Origin: Thraustochytrium aureum
Taxonomy: Eukaryota
Length of the DNA: 34,661 nucleotides
Reading direction: 5' to 3'
Assembly (NCBI GenBank): GCA_012862495.1
Contig: BLSG01000171.1
Location: 1 to 34,661, forward strand
In this document: positions 11,560 through 22,946 of the stretch, piece after piece
Numbering within the stretch: the stretch's first letter is position 1
How the letters are laid out: each line of letters opens with the position of its first letter
Notes under the pieces: model-generated
Told to the model about the DNA's origin: nothing
Databases searched by the model: none
Seen by the model: only the letters and a program-made list of their open reading frames with translations
Made by a program: the position numbers and the translations under genes

Positions 11560-12365
11560 TGCTCGAGCAATGCAAGCCAAGGAGTGCTCAGCGCGCGCGA
11601 AACAGCCGGAACGCGCGACGCGCCTGCCTCCTCGCGCACGGCGCGTTCGAGCTCTGCGCTCCGCTTGCCGCCTCAGAGATGCCCGCGGCCCGTGCCCGTC
11701 CACGCAAAGGGACGGTGGTCGTGGTCGTCCGTACGACAAAATGCGAGTCTGTTGCACGCGGCGCAAGCCACTAGTTCACGTGGACGCAATGCACAAGTGC
11801 CGGCTCGCCAAGAAACCAAAATACTCTTTTCAGTCTGAGCCGAAACGGCGAGCTCGCGAGAGCCAAGGACCGTTGGCTGGTTGTTCGCGCTTGGGCGAAA
11901 TCGGGGTGGGCGTTTCAACGGCTCCAACCGACACATCCGACACAGAATCGCATTTTTGAACAGCTCATAGAGGCTGAACGTTTGATTACGGAAACNNNNN
12001 NNNNNNNNNNNNNNNNNNNNNNNNNNNNNNNNNNNNNNNNNNNNNNNNNNNNNNNNNNNNNNNNNNNNNNNNNNNNNNNNNNNNNNNNNNNNNNNNNNNN
12101 NNNNNNNNNNNNNNNNNNNNNNNNNNNNNNNNNNNNNNNNNNNNNNNNNNNNNNNNNNNNNNNNNNNNNNNNNNNNNNNNNNNNNNNNNNNNNNNNNNNN
12201 NNNNNNNNNNNNNNNNNNNNNNNNNNNNNNNNNNNNNNNNNNNNNNNNNNNNNNNNNNNNNNNNNNNNNNNNNNNNNNNNNNNNNNNNNNNNNNNNNNNN
12301 NNNNNNNNNNNNNNNNNNNNNNNNNNNNNNNNNNNNNNNNNNNNNNNNNNNNNNNNNNNNNNNNN

Positions 12366-14578
12366 CAATCCGAGGAAGTGGATGCGGACTCGTCGTCTGC
12401 GGCGGTGTTCTTCACGTCCACGTCTTCAACCAACACCTGAGCTGCAAGCTCGAGCTGCTTTGCTTGGTCCTTGACGGCGAGGGGTATCGCGTCTTTGTAC
12501 TTGGACGCCTTGAGCGCCTTCACGTCAGCGGGATCGTTTGGAATCATGTCCTTGTTCGTGCGCATCATCACGCACATTTCCACAAAGTGCGGAGAAAGCG
12601 AGGACCTCTTGGGTTTGATCACGTCCTCCAGGTGGCCGAGGTCACATTCGAGCCCGCCCGCGGAGGGAAGGGTTGCCCCGAGGGCGAGCGCCGCTTGCGA
12701 CAAGCACGGCATTTTGGAGACTTGCAGCGGCGAGGCCCACCACGACAAGAACGCCTCGGGTTCGACTTGGTCGTCCAAGGACTGCAGATAGCGGATCTCT
12801 CTATCCACAGTCTCAGCTGGATCGAGAGATACCACGGCCGCGGAATGCGGTGGCGACCTTCTCCACTTCGCCGAGTCGTAGATGCTGCTTGGTGTGTAGC
12901 CGCTCCGCTGCTTCTTGCGCGATGGCCCGGCCTCGTCGTCTGCATGAGCTGGTGCCGTTGCTTGGCGTCTCTCAGCCCGCACTTCCGCCACCTTGATCGC
13001 TAGCTTTTTAATGGTGTCCCAGCAGTGGTTGTAGACAATCTGAAAGTGTTTGTCGCGGAGACTTGCAAGCGCATTCGCCGTGCTCTCGCTGTCGTCCGTG
13101 CTCTCGCTGGGGACGTCCTCAGCCAAGACCGGCATGAGCAGAATGAGTTCCTTGATGAGCCAGCCGTTTGAGCAGCGTGGGTCCAGCAGCGCGATGGTGT
13201 CGAAAACGTAGTTGAACTTGAGGTTTTTCCTGACATGCGTCAAGCCCTTGTACGCTCTGACGGGGTGGTAGCGGTCAAAGTAGCGTGAAGAAAGCGCCGC
13301 AAGGAGCTCCGTACGCACCAATTTGGTGAGGTAGCTAACGTGTTGCTCAGACCGGCTCTGCGTCGGACCGGAGCACAGTCCCTCCGCCACAGTGCGGCCA
13401 GGCTGAATGATGACCAGGCCAGCACGCAGGAGCTGCTCCAAGAGGCGGTTCATCTCGTGGTAAACAACGAGAAGGGAGAAGGTCTTGGTGCGCTGGGCCA
13501 GAAGCTGAATACGACGCAGCGGGTGGATGAGCGAGTACATCTCGATGAGCTGGTCCTTTTCTTCCGACACGAGGAAGTCGGTCTCGGGCAGCGTTCTCTC
13601 GATGGCAGACCAGTTTCGCAGGAGGCGTTCCATCGAATCCACAACGGCACCCCACCGGTGCATTGGCGCGTTCTTCAGCGCTGGTGCCGAGATCCCGTTG
13701 GCCGAGTTGTCCTCGGCGAGGGCTTGCTGCAGGCTTGGGCTCTTGCTCATCTTCTCCACCACCTTTCGCACTCGGTTGAAGAAGCGGCGCGCCATCGGGT
13801 TCTTGCTCTTGGCCTTGTCCAAGGCCATGCCAGTCGCGTCGACCACCGCCAGGTTGATAAGATGGCAGATGCACCATTCGCGAAGGGTTGGGAAGGACGT
13901 CTCCAGGAGACGTCGAACGTCTGGACATTGGTCGGAGGTGGATGTGAGCACGTCTCCCTGGGCAACGCCAAAGTCGGTAAGCATGCTCTCCACCCACTTG
14001 CGAATAAGGTCCGATGCTCGGTCAAGGCGCTGCTGGTCCGTGGTGGGCCTGTAAGCCCGCACACCCAGGTTGAACCCGCGGAGGTGGCTGTTCTGTGTGA
14101 AAGAGAGGCGCACCGACACGTACTTGATGTTCTGGGTGTCGCTAGTGAGGAGGTCAACGTTGATAGAGAGGAACGGTACGCCGTCGAACTGCGCTCTAGC
14201 AGCACGAAGCTCCTGGATCATGCGCTCCTTGGTGGCCAGGTACAGTTCAACGAGGCCCCGGCGCGGGTCCATGCCGCTCAGCTGGTCCATGCCTTCCCAC
14301 GATGTCATCGCCGACAGGACGTCATCAAAGTCGCTGTCCTTGAACGCGCTGAAGGGGATGCCAGCCTTGATGGCCCATGAGCACAGCTTGACGTAGATCC
14401 AGCGCGGAGGATTCTGTTCAAAGCCGACCCGTTGCATGGCGCGTACATTGGCCTGGCGTTGGACGCGGCGCGCAACCTGCTCCGTCCGGCCGCTAATCAC
14501 TTGGTGCAAGTCCTTCAAGTGGCGCGAGACGGACGCGGTGTTGCCCGGGTTGAACTTGAGAAGGGCGCCTCCAGCAGC
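12366..14578 (-). mobile_element. hAT-superfamily DDE transposase; both ends lie in N gaps
   Basis: Uninterrupted ORF between the gaps. End of a BED-like finger (SRHLKDLH), first Asp SINVDLLTSD, second Asp TSDQ..D followed by CxxH (WCICHLINLAV), HRWG (TRW equivalent), and a hAT C-terminal region FLSWW...MPCLSQAALALGATLPSAGGLECDLG...KRSSLSPHFVEM. Confidence 0.88.
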
Positions 14579-15466
14579 NNNNNNNNNNNNNNNNNNNNNN
14601 NNNNNNNNNNNNNNNNNNNNNNNNNNNNNNNNNNNNNNNNNNNNNNNNNNNNNNNNNNNNNNNNNNNNNNNNNNNNNNNNNNNNNNNNNNNNNNNNNNNN
14701 NNNNNNNNNNNNNNNNNNNNNNNNNNNNNNNNNNNNNNNNNNNNNNNNNNNNNNNNNNNNNNNNNNNNNNNNNNNNNNNNNNNNNNNNNNNNNNNNNNNN
14801 NNNNNNNNNNNNNNNNNNNNNNNNNNNNNNNNNNNNNNNNNNNNNNNNNNNNNNNNNNNNNNNNNNNNNNNNNNNNNNNNNNNNNNNNNNNNNNNNNNNN
14901 NNNNNNNNNNNNNNNNNNNNNNNNNNNNNNNNNNNNNNNNNNNNNNNNNNNNNNNNNNNNNNNNNNNNNNNNNNNNNNNNNNNNNNNNNNNNNNNNNNNN
15001 NNNNNNNNNNNNNNNNNNNNNNNNNNNNNNNNNNNNNNNNNNNNNNNNNNNNNNNNNNNNNNNNNNNNNNNNNNNNNNNNNNNNNNNNNNGAAAACCTAA
15101 CCGAAACAGCTGATAATCTAACCCACGTTCTACTACACAGTGAGAGCCGTTCAACGAGCGCTGTGGAGGGCTCTGTGCAAGGCCTGAAACTTTGGAATTG
15201 ACGTCTGACCTCGCGAGCAGCGCTCAGAGCGACGCCAGAGTGCAGGAGGTGCGCGAGGAGCCGGCCACTCGCCCAGCGCCCCGTGGCTCGGGACTACCCG
15301 CCATGTCAATCAGGCATGGCATCTCAATGCAGAGCAGAACGCGTCTGACTGGTAGCGAGCGAGTAGAGGCTTGTTGCCCATCGCGAGTTCTGCCGCACTC
15401 GTTTGTTTTTCTTTCTGGAGGTAGGCCTACCGTATGCAACAGGTAGTGGTTTAACGAGGCGTCGAG

Positions 15467-18083
15467 TCAAGCAACGCGAGCGAGCTTGGCTGGGTTCACC
15501 TGAGGCTCGAAAAGTGGATCGAGGCCGACACGGCGCATGGCGATGTACGCCTTGATCCGCGTGTAGAAGGGCGCGAGCGCGTTGTCCGCCTCCAATCGGG
15601 CAAGTTCGACCGGGTCGACTGCTTGGGAGAGCAATTCTTTAAGGCGCGGCTGATCCAAGTCCAGCCCGACAACACCAGCGGCTTTGTCCAAACTGTCCCA
15701 AAACGCCTTGTCCGGGAACAGGTTGGGATGGCCCGCTTGGAGGCGAGCAAGATCGACCGCGTTGCCATGCTCCAGCGCTGTGAGCAGGTGGTTGAACACC
15801 GTCGTGGCGAGGACCGGCTTGGGGCGCCCAGTCGCAATCGCGTCCAGCGATTCGCCAGCGTGGAAGCGCTCGAGTGAGCTGACCCAAACAGGCTGCGCCT
15901 TGCGTGCTTGATCAGAGGAAAATGTGCGCGGTGGAAGGAGTGGGCCCACCGGAAAGAGTAACCGAGCGTGTGCCTCTCCGGCAGGGGACTTGGCATTCAA
16001 GTTCGCGCAATCCCCCTGGTCGTCGTCGTCGTCGTCACTCGGCATGAACGCATGGAGCCGAGTGCGCTTGCAAGCGGTGCTTAGACCGTACTTGCGGCGC
16101 TTTTCTTGCAAAAGCTTGGCCAGTTCGTCGAGGCCGGTGCATCGAAGGCCAACACACTGCAGACCCTCCGCGGTCTCAGCGTTTTCAAGGACTACTTTAC
16201 GCGCGAGGGTGTCACTGAACAAGGACGCCGGAGCCACATGCGCCGATTGAGCGGCCTGCGCGCGCCACTGCAAAACGGTATTCAGGAGGCGCTCCATCGC
16301 CTCCGCGCGGCGCGGATTGTCCTGGTCTCGGTACGTCTTTAGAAGCAGTCCCCAACGGCGCACCGTGTCCAATACTGGGCCATGGTTCTCGTCAAGCTCT
16401 TGCGCTGGGATCTGGGCCACATCAACGCCCAGGGCCTCTAGGCTCGATACGAGGCGGGCCCGAGCCTCCACATTTGCGGCGCTCAGCAGCTTGCTGCTCT
16501 CGCAGAAACCAAGCCGGGGCGTCAACCTGCAGCGCCCCCATGGGGTTTGTGAGCACCTCGTATGCGTCAAAGGTTCTTGCAGTTCCGTTCACGTTGGCTG
16601 TGCAGGCTGCACGGCGAACAACTCCGATCTGCTCGAGCGTTGGCAAAAGCTCTTCCAGCGCTGGTCGCGTGCGGAGGTGCGGATGGTCGATAGCAGTGAC
16701 GAGGCTGCGCGGCGCCTCTGAAAGTCCGGAGAGTGCTCGCGACTTGCTAGCAAAGCCCTTGATGGCTTTGGCTCGGATCAGGTGGACCACGAGCCGTGCC
16801 GCTGCGCCGATGTCGAGCGTGGCCTTGGCCTGCCCGCACCCTGCGCGGCCTTGGCCACGGAGGCAGTTGTCGCAGGTCTTGCACGTGATAAACGACGGTT
16901 TTTCTCCCAAGGCCGCCATGACCTCGGCGCGGCGACAGCCGCTGGTGTGGAAGAGCTTGCGCAACTTGTTGGTGCTCATGCGTTGGGCCGACTTGGCCGT
17001 ATCGCTGAGCCCCTTGGTGTAGAATTCAGCCAGGTATTTTGAAAAGTCGCCATCGCGTGCCAGCATGACGCATTCGGCTTCGTAGCCGTCGCGGCCCGCG
17101 CGCCCGATCTGCTGAACATACTCCTCGAGCGTTTTTGGGGGGCCGTAGTGAACGACGCGCCTGATGTCCGACTTGTCGATCCCCATGCCGAAGGCGACGG
17201 TCGCGACAACGACGTGCGCGGTGCCCACTAAGAAAGAGTTGTGCGCCTCGAGGCGCTCCGCTTGCGAGAGCTTGCTGTGGTAGCGCACGACGCGGACGCC
17301 TTCGCCTGCAACCTTGGCGATGAGCGCAGAGGCCAGCTGGTCCACCTCTTTGGTCGTGGGCGCGTAGACGATCGTCGGCTTGGGAGGCCGGCTCGCGAGC
17401 AGGCTTGCCGCTAGCTCGGCGACGTCGTCTGCGATCCCCACTTTGGGCCGCATGGACAGCCTGAGGTTGGGGCGGTCGAACGTCGTCACAGTGACGTATG
17501 GTTCCTGCAGGCCCAAGTTGCTGAGTATATCGCCGCGGACTTTGTCTGTCGCAGTTGCCGTGAGAGCCACAATCGGAACTTGCGGGAACGCCTTCCTCAC
17601 ATCCCCGAGCCGTCTGTACACGGGTCGAAAGTCGTGGCCCCACTCACTCACGCAGTGCGCCTCATCGATTGCGAACAGGCTGAGCGGAAGGTTTGCCTCC
17701 TTGAGCCGATTTAGAAACCCGCCTTCGCAGAGTTTTTCCGGGCTCACGTAAACCAGGTTGTACGCGCCAGCGACGGCACGTTCCTCGGTGTTGGGGTCAA
17801 CTTGTGCAGACCCCAAGTAGCACGCGAGCTCCTTCTCGCCACCCCCGACAGTGGCGTTGAGCTTGTTCACCTGGTCCTGCATCAGACTGATGAGCGGCGA
17901 GACCACCACCGCAGTGAGGCCCGAGTGCAGCGCAGGAACCTGGTAGCACAGCGACTTGCCTGCCCCAGTGGCCCAAAACACGCCGACGTCTCTGCCGCTC
18001 AGCACGGTCTCCACCACCATCTCCTGCGACCCGCGAAACGCGTCATACCCGAACAGCCTCTTCAGCGTATCGCGCAGCGCCAT
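15467..18083 (-). CDS. RecQ-family 3'-5' DNA helicase (WRN-like core with Zn-binding/RQC, HRDC and C-terminal HTH; no exonuclease domain seen)
   Basis: FGYDAFRGSQ, ATGAGKSLCYQ, DEAHCVSEWGHDFRP, VATVAFGMGIDK, QQIGRAGRDG, CRR...CKTCDNC. HRDC-like LQWRAQAAQSAHVAPASLFSD and HTH-like GESLDAIA...TTVFNHL. A +1 frameshift near 16473-16475 joins the two ORFs. Confidence 0.95.
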
Positions 18084-18152
18084 CTCGCGCGCGCGCGCGC
18101 CGAGCGCCTGCCCCGCACAAAGCACAAAAGCGCACAAGCTCGAAATACGCAC

Positions 18153-18192
18153 GCGCGAAAGCACCCGCGAAAGCACGCGCGAAAGCGCGAAA
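18153..18192 (-). promoter_or_regulatory. Cluster of four E2F-like elements (TTTCGCGC x3, TTTCGCGG x1) upstream of RecQ
   Basis: On the plus strand, GCGCGAAA at 18153, 18177 and 18185 and CCGCGAAA at 18165, about 70-110 bp upstream of the RecQ ATG. Three match the E2F consensus TTTSSCGC exactly. Confidence 0.4.
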
Positions 18193-18428
18193 TNNNNNNN
18201 NNNNNNNNNNNNNNNNNNNNNNNNNNNNNNNNNNNNNNNNNNNNNNNNNNNNNNNNNNNNNNNNNNNNNNNNNNNNNNNNNNNNNNNNNNNNNNNNNNNN
18301 NNNNNNNNNNNNNNNNNNNNNNNNNNNNNNNNNNNNNNNNNNNNNNNNNNNNNNNNNNNNNNNNNNNNNNNNNNNNNNNNNNNNNNNNNNNNNNNNNNNN
18401 NNNNNNNNNNNNNNNNNNNNNNNNNNNN

Positions 18429-18450
18429 ACGCACGCACGCACGCACGCAC
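18429..18450. repeat. (GCAC)n microsatellite abutting a gap
   Basis: acgcacgcacgcacgcacgcac at the gap edge. Confidence 0.85.
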
Positions 18451-18928
18451 GGATGCACGAAATGCGCGTCTGCGAGCACCTCGAGCCTCGTCTGCTGCAG
18501 TCCTCGCGCTCGCGGTTCCTTGGCCCTCTAAAAACAAATAGCAGTGCTATCGCCTGTCCCTTTCAAAAATAGAGGGCCAGTGGAGGGCGGCTGTGAACCT
18601 GACCTGGGGAACGCCCTCGGAAGGGCGTTAACCTTTAGGTTAGGGCCTGCGCGGCTGCGGAACGCTTTTGAAGCGCCACAGGAGCCGAGAGGTGCGCTGC
18701 GACTGCGCCGCGCCGGACGGGCTTGCGTACCGCGCAGACAGACCGCCAACGCGCGAGACCAGGTTGGTGCCGCGGTCGGTTGCTGTCTGCTGCGCTGCTG
18801 TCTGCCGCGATCGGGCCTCGGAGCGCTGCAAGCGGCCACGGGCCGGCAAGGTGCTGCGCGCACCGGGAAGATCGGGCTGTTTTTCGCGGCGGGCTCCGGA
18901 GGGCTTCTGAGCGCTGCCGGCGAGAAGG

Positions 18929-20216
18929 ATGGGCCGAAAGGGCGGCCGGCGGCGCGTGAAAAGGCGCACGCATGTGCCGGTGAACGGGGAGAAGGTATCC
19001 GGGGGGAAGCGCCGCCAAGGCGGTCCTGAAGACCGGGCCTGGTAACGAGGTCGCCGACCAGGCCAACGTGCCCCGCTCGATCGTGGTCAAGCACGGCAAG
19101 ACCACCAAGCAAGTTACATGGCTGGTCGAGGACCTACGCAAGGTGATGAGCCCGTACACGGCGCTCAAGCTCAAGGAGCGGCGAAACGCCTCGCTCAAGG
19201 ACTACACGAGCGTGGCCACCCCGCTCAACGTCAGCCACATCATGGTGCTCTCGCAGGGATCCAAGGCCCCGAATCTCCGCATCGCGCGAATGCCGCACGG
19301 GCCAACCCTGACCTTTCGCATCGAACGGTATGCGCTGAACCGTCAAATCCGCACAGTGCAAAAGCAATCGTTCGACTCCAAAGCGGCGATGATGCAGCCC
19401 CCACTTGTGGTGCTCAACAACTTTGACGAGGAGGACATGAAAGACAAACGCCACCTGAAGATCGCCTCGCTGACATTCCAGTCGATGTTTCCGGCAATCA
19501 ACGTCCGCACGGTCAAGCTCAACGAATGCCGGCGTGTTCTCCTCCTGCACCTGAACGAGGAGGACGAATGTATCGAGGTGCGGCATTTTCTCATCCGCAC
19601 GAAACCACACGGGGTAAGTCGGCCGATCAAGCGCGTGCTAAAATCCAAGCTGCCCAACCTTGGCTCAGCGGAAGACATCAGCGAGATCCTCGAGGCCAAC
19701 TATGCCACTTCGGACAGCGAGTTTGAGGACGACGCGCGCGTGCCCGTCGACCCGACCAAGGTGGGCGCGAGCTCGGGGCTCGCCAAGCGCGCCCGCCGCC
19801 CGAATAAGCCCCTCCCTGCGGTGCCGTCGTCGGCCCAGAGCCGCGTCCAGCTCTCCGAGATCGGGCCCCGTTTGTCTCTTCGCGTGGTCAAGGTCGAGGA
19901 CGGCGTGTTCACCGGCGAGGTGCAGTACCACGCCTTTGAGACCCGCTCGAAAGAGGAAATTCTACTCGCCCGCGCTCAGCACGAGGAGAAGGAACGTCTT
20001 AAAGCGGAACGCCGCAAACAGCAAGAAGCGAACGTCTCGCGGAAGCGCGAACTCGAGCAGGAGAAGGCGGAACGTAAAAAGGCCAAGCGCCAGCGCCGGC
20101 TCGAGCGCTCCGAGGCACCGACAGAGGGCTCTTCGGCCGAAGCCAAGGGGGACGCCGACGAGTCTTCGAGCGACGAGCACGACTCTGATGACGGCGATGA
20201 GAGCGACGCCAACTAG
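18929..20216 (+). CDS. PPAN: Peter Pan / Ssf1 Brix-domain 60S ribosome biogenesis factor
   Basis: N-terminus MGRKGGRRRVKRRTH, then VPRSIVV, LVEDLRKVMSPYTALKLKERR, LRIARMPHGPTLTFRI, PPLVVLNNF, FQSMFPAIN, LSEIGPRLSL and GEVQYH. The first segment is in a different frame from the main ORF and is joined either by intron 18995-19061 or by a +1 indel in a G run. Confidence 0.94.
18995..19061 (+). other. Putative 67-nt GT-AG intron in PPAN
   Basis: AAG|GTATCC...GGTAAC...CAG|GCC. Removal restores the frame (RTHVPVNGEK|ANVPRS) with RTH-to-PxS spacing similar to what I recall for Ssf1. It is GC-rich and lacks a pyrimidine tract, so a homopolymer indel is an alternative. Confidence 0.5.
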
Positions 20217-20785
20217 AGGCTGAGGACGACCTGAACTGTAGTAGAGTGAGTACCTGACAAGACAATGCGAGAAAAGTGACTTTCCCGTCATCATCATCAT
20301 CGTCGTCGTCGTCGTCTTGCCAGGANNNNNNNNNNNNNNNNNNNNNNNNNNNNNNNNNNNNNNNNNNNNNNNNNNNNNNNNNNNNNNNNNNNNNNNNNNN
20401 NNNNNNNNNNNNNNNNNNNNNNNNNNNNNNNNNNNNNNNNNNNNNNNNNNNNNNNNNNNNNNNNAGTCAGTCAGTCTGGCCTGACGAAAGTTGCTCCAGG
20501 TGACTGCGAAAGTTGCTGGCAAAGTTGGCAATTGTCAACGGAAACCTAAGCAGTAGGGGGTATCCGGCAATAGTATCGAGTCAAAAGCTGACTATGGAGC
20601 AAAGTGCATGAGTAGGCATTTTCAGTATAGCACCGGGTTTGACCGGCCAAGCAGAATTCAGAACAGAACAGAACAGATTGCTGGCGAGTAACAGAAATCG
20701 TTGTTGTCCACCTGTCAACCGTAAATGCATGCATGTGCCGACCTGGCAAGCATCCTGCGGCGCCCTGAGGCAAACAAACGACAGA

Positions 20786-22318
20786 ATGGCGCGCGAAGCT
20801 GAAAGCAGCTCTCCCGCCCCGCGCCATATCGATACGGCGGTCGGCGGCGGCGGCGACGGTCACCTTCTTCAGAGCGTGGTTGCAGCCGTTGAAGCGAGCC
20901 CTAGCGGCGCAGACTCGCCACGACAGCGCGATGTAGAAGGCAAGGTGAACGACCTGAGCCAGGACAGCTCGATTTTAGGGTCTGTGAGCTCTGGATCCTC
21001 GCTCAAGGAGGCAGAACCGGTGCGGTTGCGCGAGCTCCGTTGGTCGTATCTGCTGGCGCATCAGGGGCTGACCTCTGCAAAGACCATGTGGCTGGCAGTC
21101 GTATGCGCGACCGTCGTCATTAGCGTCAGACTGGTCCAGCACGCGATCATGATCGAGCTCGTCGGCGTGAGCCCCCTCCACAGGCTGCGGCAAAGGTCGA
21201 GCCCCAAGGACCCCTACTGCGAGGGTTGGCCCGAAGCAATGCGCGGGCTTGACGCCGCCATCTCGCTGGGCACGCTAGGTGTGTGGTACGAGTTTGTCGC
21301 GTTTCTGGTGTCGTACTCTGCAAACACGCGCGCCAAGTACAGAGTGCGGTTCACGGTTGCGTGCTACACAATTGGATTCGCCGGCCTCGCCACGATTTAC
21401 GCCGCCAACGACGTGGTCGAGATTTACCAAACCAGCATCTGTGGTTTCCTGATGCTCACAAGTGTGGACCTCGTGCGGTTAATAGTCAAGAAAAAAGGTC
21501 GGGTGCGGCTCATGGTCTTGGGCAAGATCGTGGCAGTCTCTTTCACCGTCCTGTGCGGCGGTGTGGCTGCGGTGACCTACATGACCTACGCGACCGTCAT
21601 GCAGAACGAAGTGCTCGAAGTGATCACGATTGGGATTGCGTACCCGGTCTTTCAGTTTTCCCTGCGAGAGGCCCTGATCAGACAGGTCTTTGGAGCGCGA
21701 AACGCGAGAGGTCGAGAAAAGATCAGCGCGCTGATCACACTGTCTATGCAAACCTTCATTTCCACCCCGGGATTCGTCATCTTGCTGCTTGTGGAAAACA
21801 TCAAGTCGTTTCTGATCTCGCTGGTGCTGTCCATGGTGTTTGAAATCGTTGGCGTATTTGTGATGCTGCGCTTGTTCGCCAACCCTGTGCAAGGTCGAAA
21901 CCTAGGCTTCGATTCCGCCGCGCGCGTGTTTCCACGGGCGGCCTCTCGCCATGCGGCGGCCGCGAGCAAGAGCCAGACAGGCAGGGGCTGGCTTGCGAGC
22001 CGGCGCGTTGCGCTGGCCAACAAGATCGCTCTTCTGGAGCTTGGTGAAAAGTTTGCGATCCTCGCGGCTGGCTTTATTCGCTTCTCGCTCACCGACGGGC
22101 ATGACATCTCGATGCAAATCGCCCGGGTTTCGGCGTGCTTTTTCGTCGAGGCGTTCGTGGATGTGCTGAAAGAGGCCATCTACGTGGTGAACGGCGTTTG
22201 TGTTGCGTCTGTGCGCGTCCCGCTCACCAGCACCATGAACTTGCTCGTGGTCGTGGGCTCGGTCGGAGTTGCAGCGCAGATTGTGCAGTCGGGCGTGTCT
22301 CTCAACTGCTACTGGTGA
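20786..22318 (+). CDS. Uncharacterised multipass membrane protein (about 510 aa)
   Basis: Long open frame from ATG 20786. Ser-rich N-terminus, then roughly ten or more hydrophobic segments (MWLAVVCATVVISV, FTVACYTIGFAGLATIY, IVAVSFTVLCGGVAAV, FLISLVLSMVFEIVGVFVML...). No family motif recognised. Confidence 0.75.
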   Translation: MAREAESSSPAPRHIDTAVGGGGDGHLLQSVVAAVEASPSGADSPRQRDVEGKVNDLSQDSSILGSVSSGSSLKEAEPVRLRELRWSYLLAHQGLTSAKTMWLAVVCATVVISVRLVQHAIMIELVGVSPLHRLRQRSSPKDPYCEGWPEAMRGLDAAISLGTLGVWYEFVAFLVSYSANTRAKYRVRFTVACYTIGFAGLATIYAANDVVEIYQTSICGFLMLTSVDLVRLIVKKKGRVRLMVLGKIVAVSFTVLCGGVAAVTYMTYATVMQNEVLEVITIGIAYPVFQFSLREALIRQVFGARNARGREKISALITLSMQTFISTPGFVILLLVENIKSFLISLVLSMVFEIVGVFVMLRLFANPVQGRNLGFDSAARVFPRAASRHAAAASKSQTGRGWLASRRVALANKIALLELGEKFAILAAGFIRFSLTDGHDISMQIARVSACFFVEAFVDVLKEAIYVVNGVCVASVRVPLTSTMNLLVVVGSVGVAAQIVQSGVSLNCYW

Positions 22319-22686
22319 TTCGCCGCGCGCGCGCCAGCGTCGCAAAAGGAAAACCCACAGGCGGGGCCGCTTGCGCGTGATCTTGATCAAGCAAGCCCTG
22401 GGCTCCGTCGGCAGCCGACGATGAGGCACCGCAGGAACGTCTCGAGTTGTGTCCGACACGGTGCTGTCAAGAACGTACGAACGCGGAACGAGTGGTGTGG
22501 CCTCGCGCGGAGCGTGCTGCGCGCTAGGTACTCTACATTGGGGCAGGCCTCTGAAGGCGGTGGGCCAGGGAATACCTACCTACGCAGACAGCGTGCTCTA
22601 CAGCGTAGGCACCAAGGGCGCGGGCGTGGTTGTTGGTTTGGCGCGGGCTTGCCGCTCGGGCGCGTGAGCCATTGGTAGCAGCAGCA

Positions 22687-22899
22687 ATGTCTTCCAAGAA
22701 ACTGAACGCGAACGCGAGCGCGTTCGTGCCTCCCGGCGTGGCAGGCGCCGGAGGGGGCGCGGTGTCGTGGGCGAGTGCTGTGAGAGGCAGCGACGAATCC
22801 GGCTTGCAACAGCAGCGCCAGCAGCTGGTGGGCTTGCAAGGGGCACAAGTGGAATACCAAACTGCAGCCTGGGAACAGCAGGTCGCCTGGCAGCAGTAC

Positions 22900-22946
<47 letters not shown>

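Noticed and set aside
11915..15154. 1079-aa ORF as the full transposase, and other long X-containing ORFs such as 23762-24936
   Set aside because: Their lengths and termini result from translating through N gaps. Only the sequenced part is supportable.
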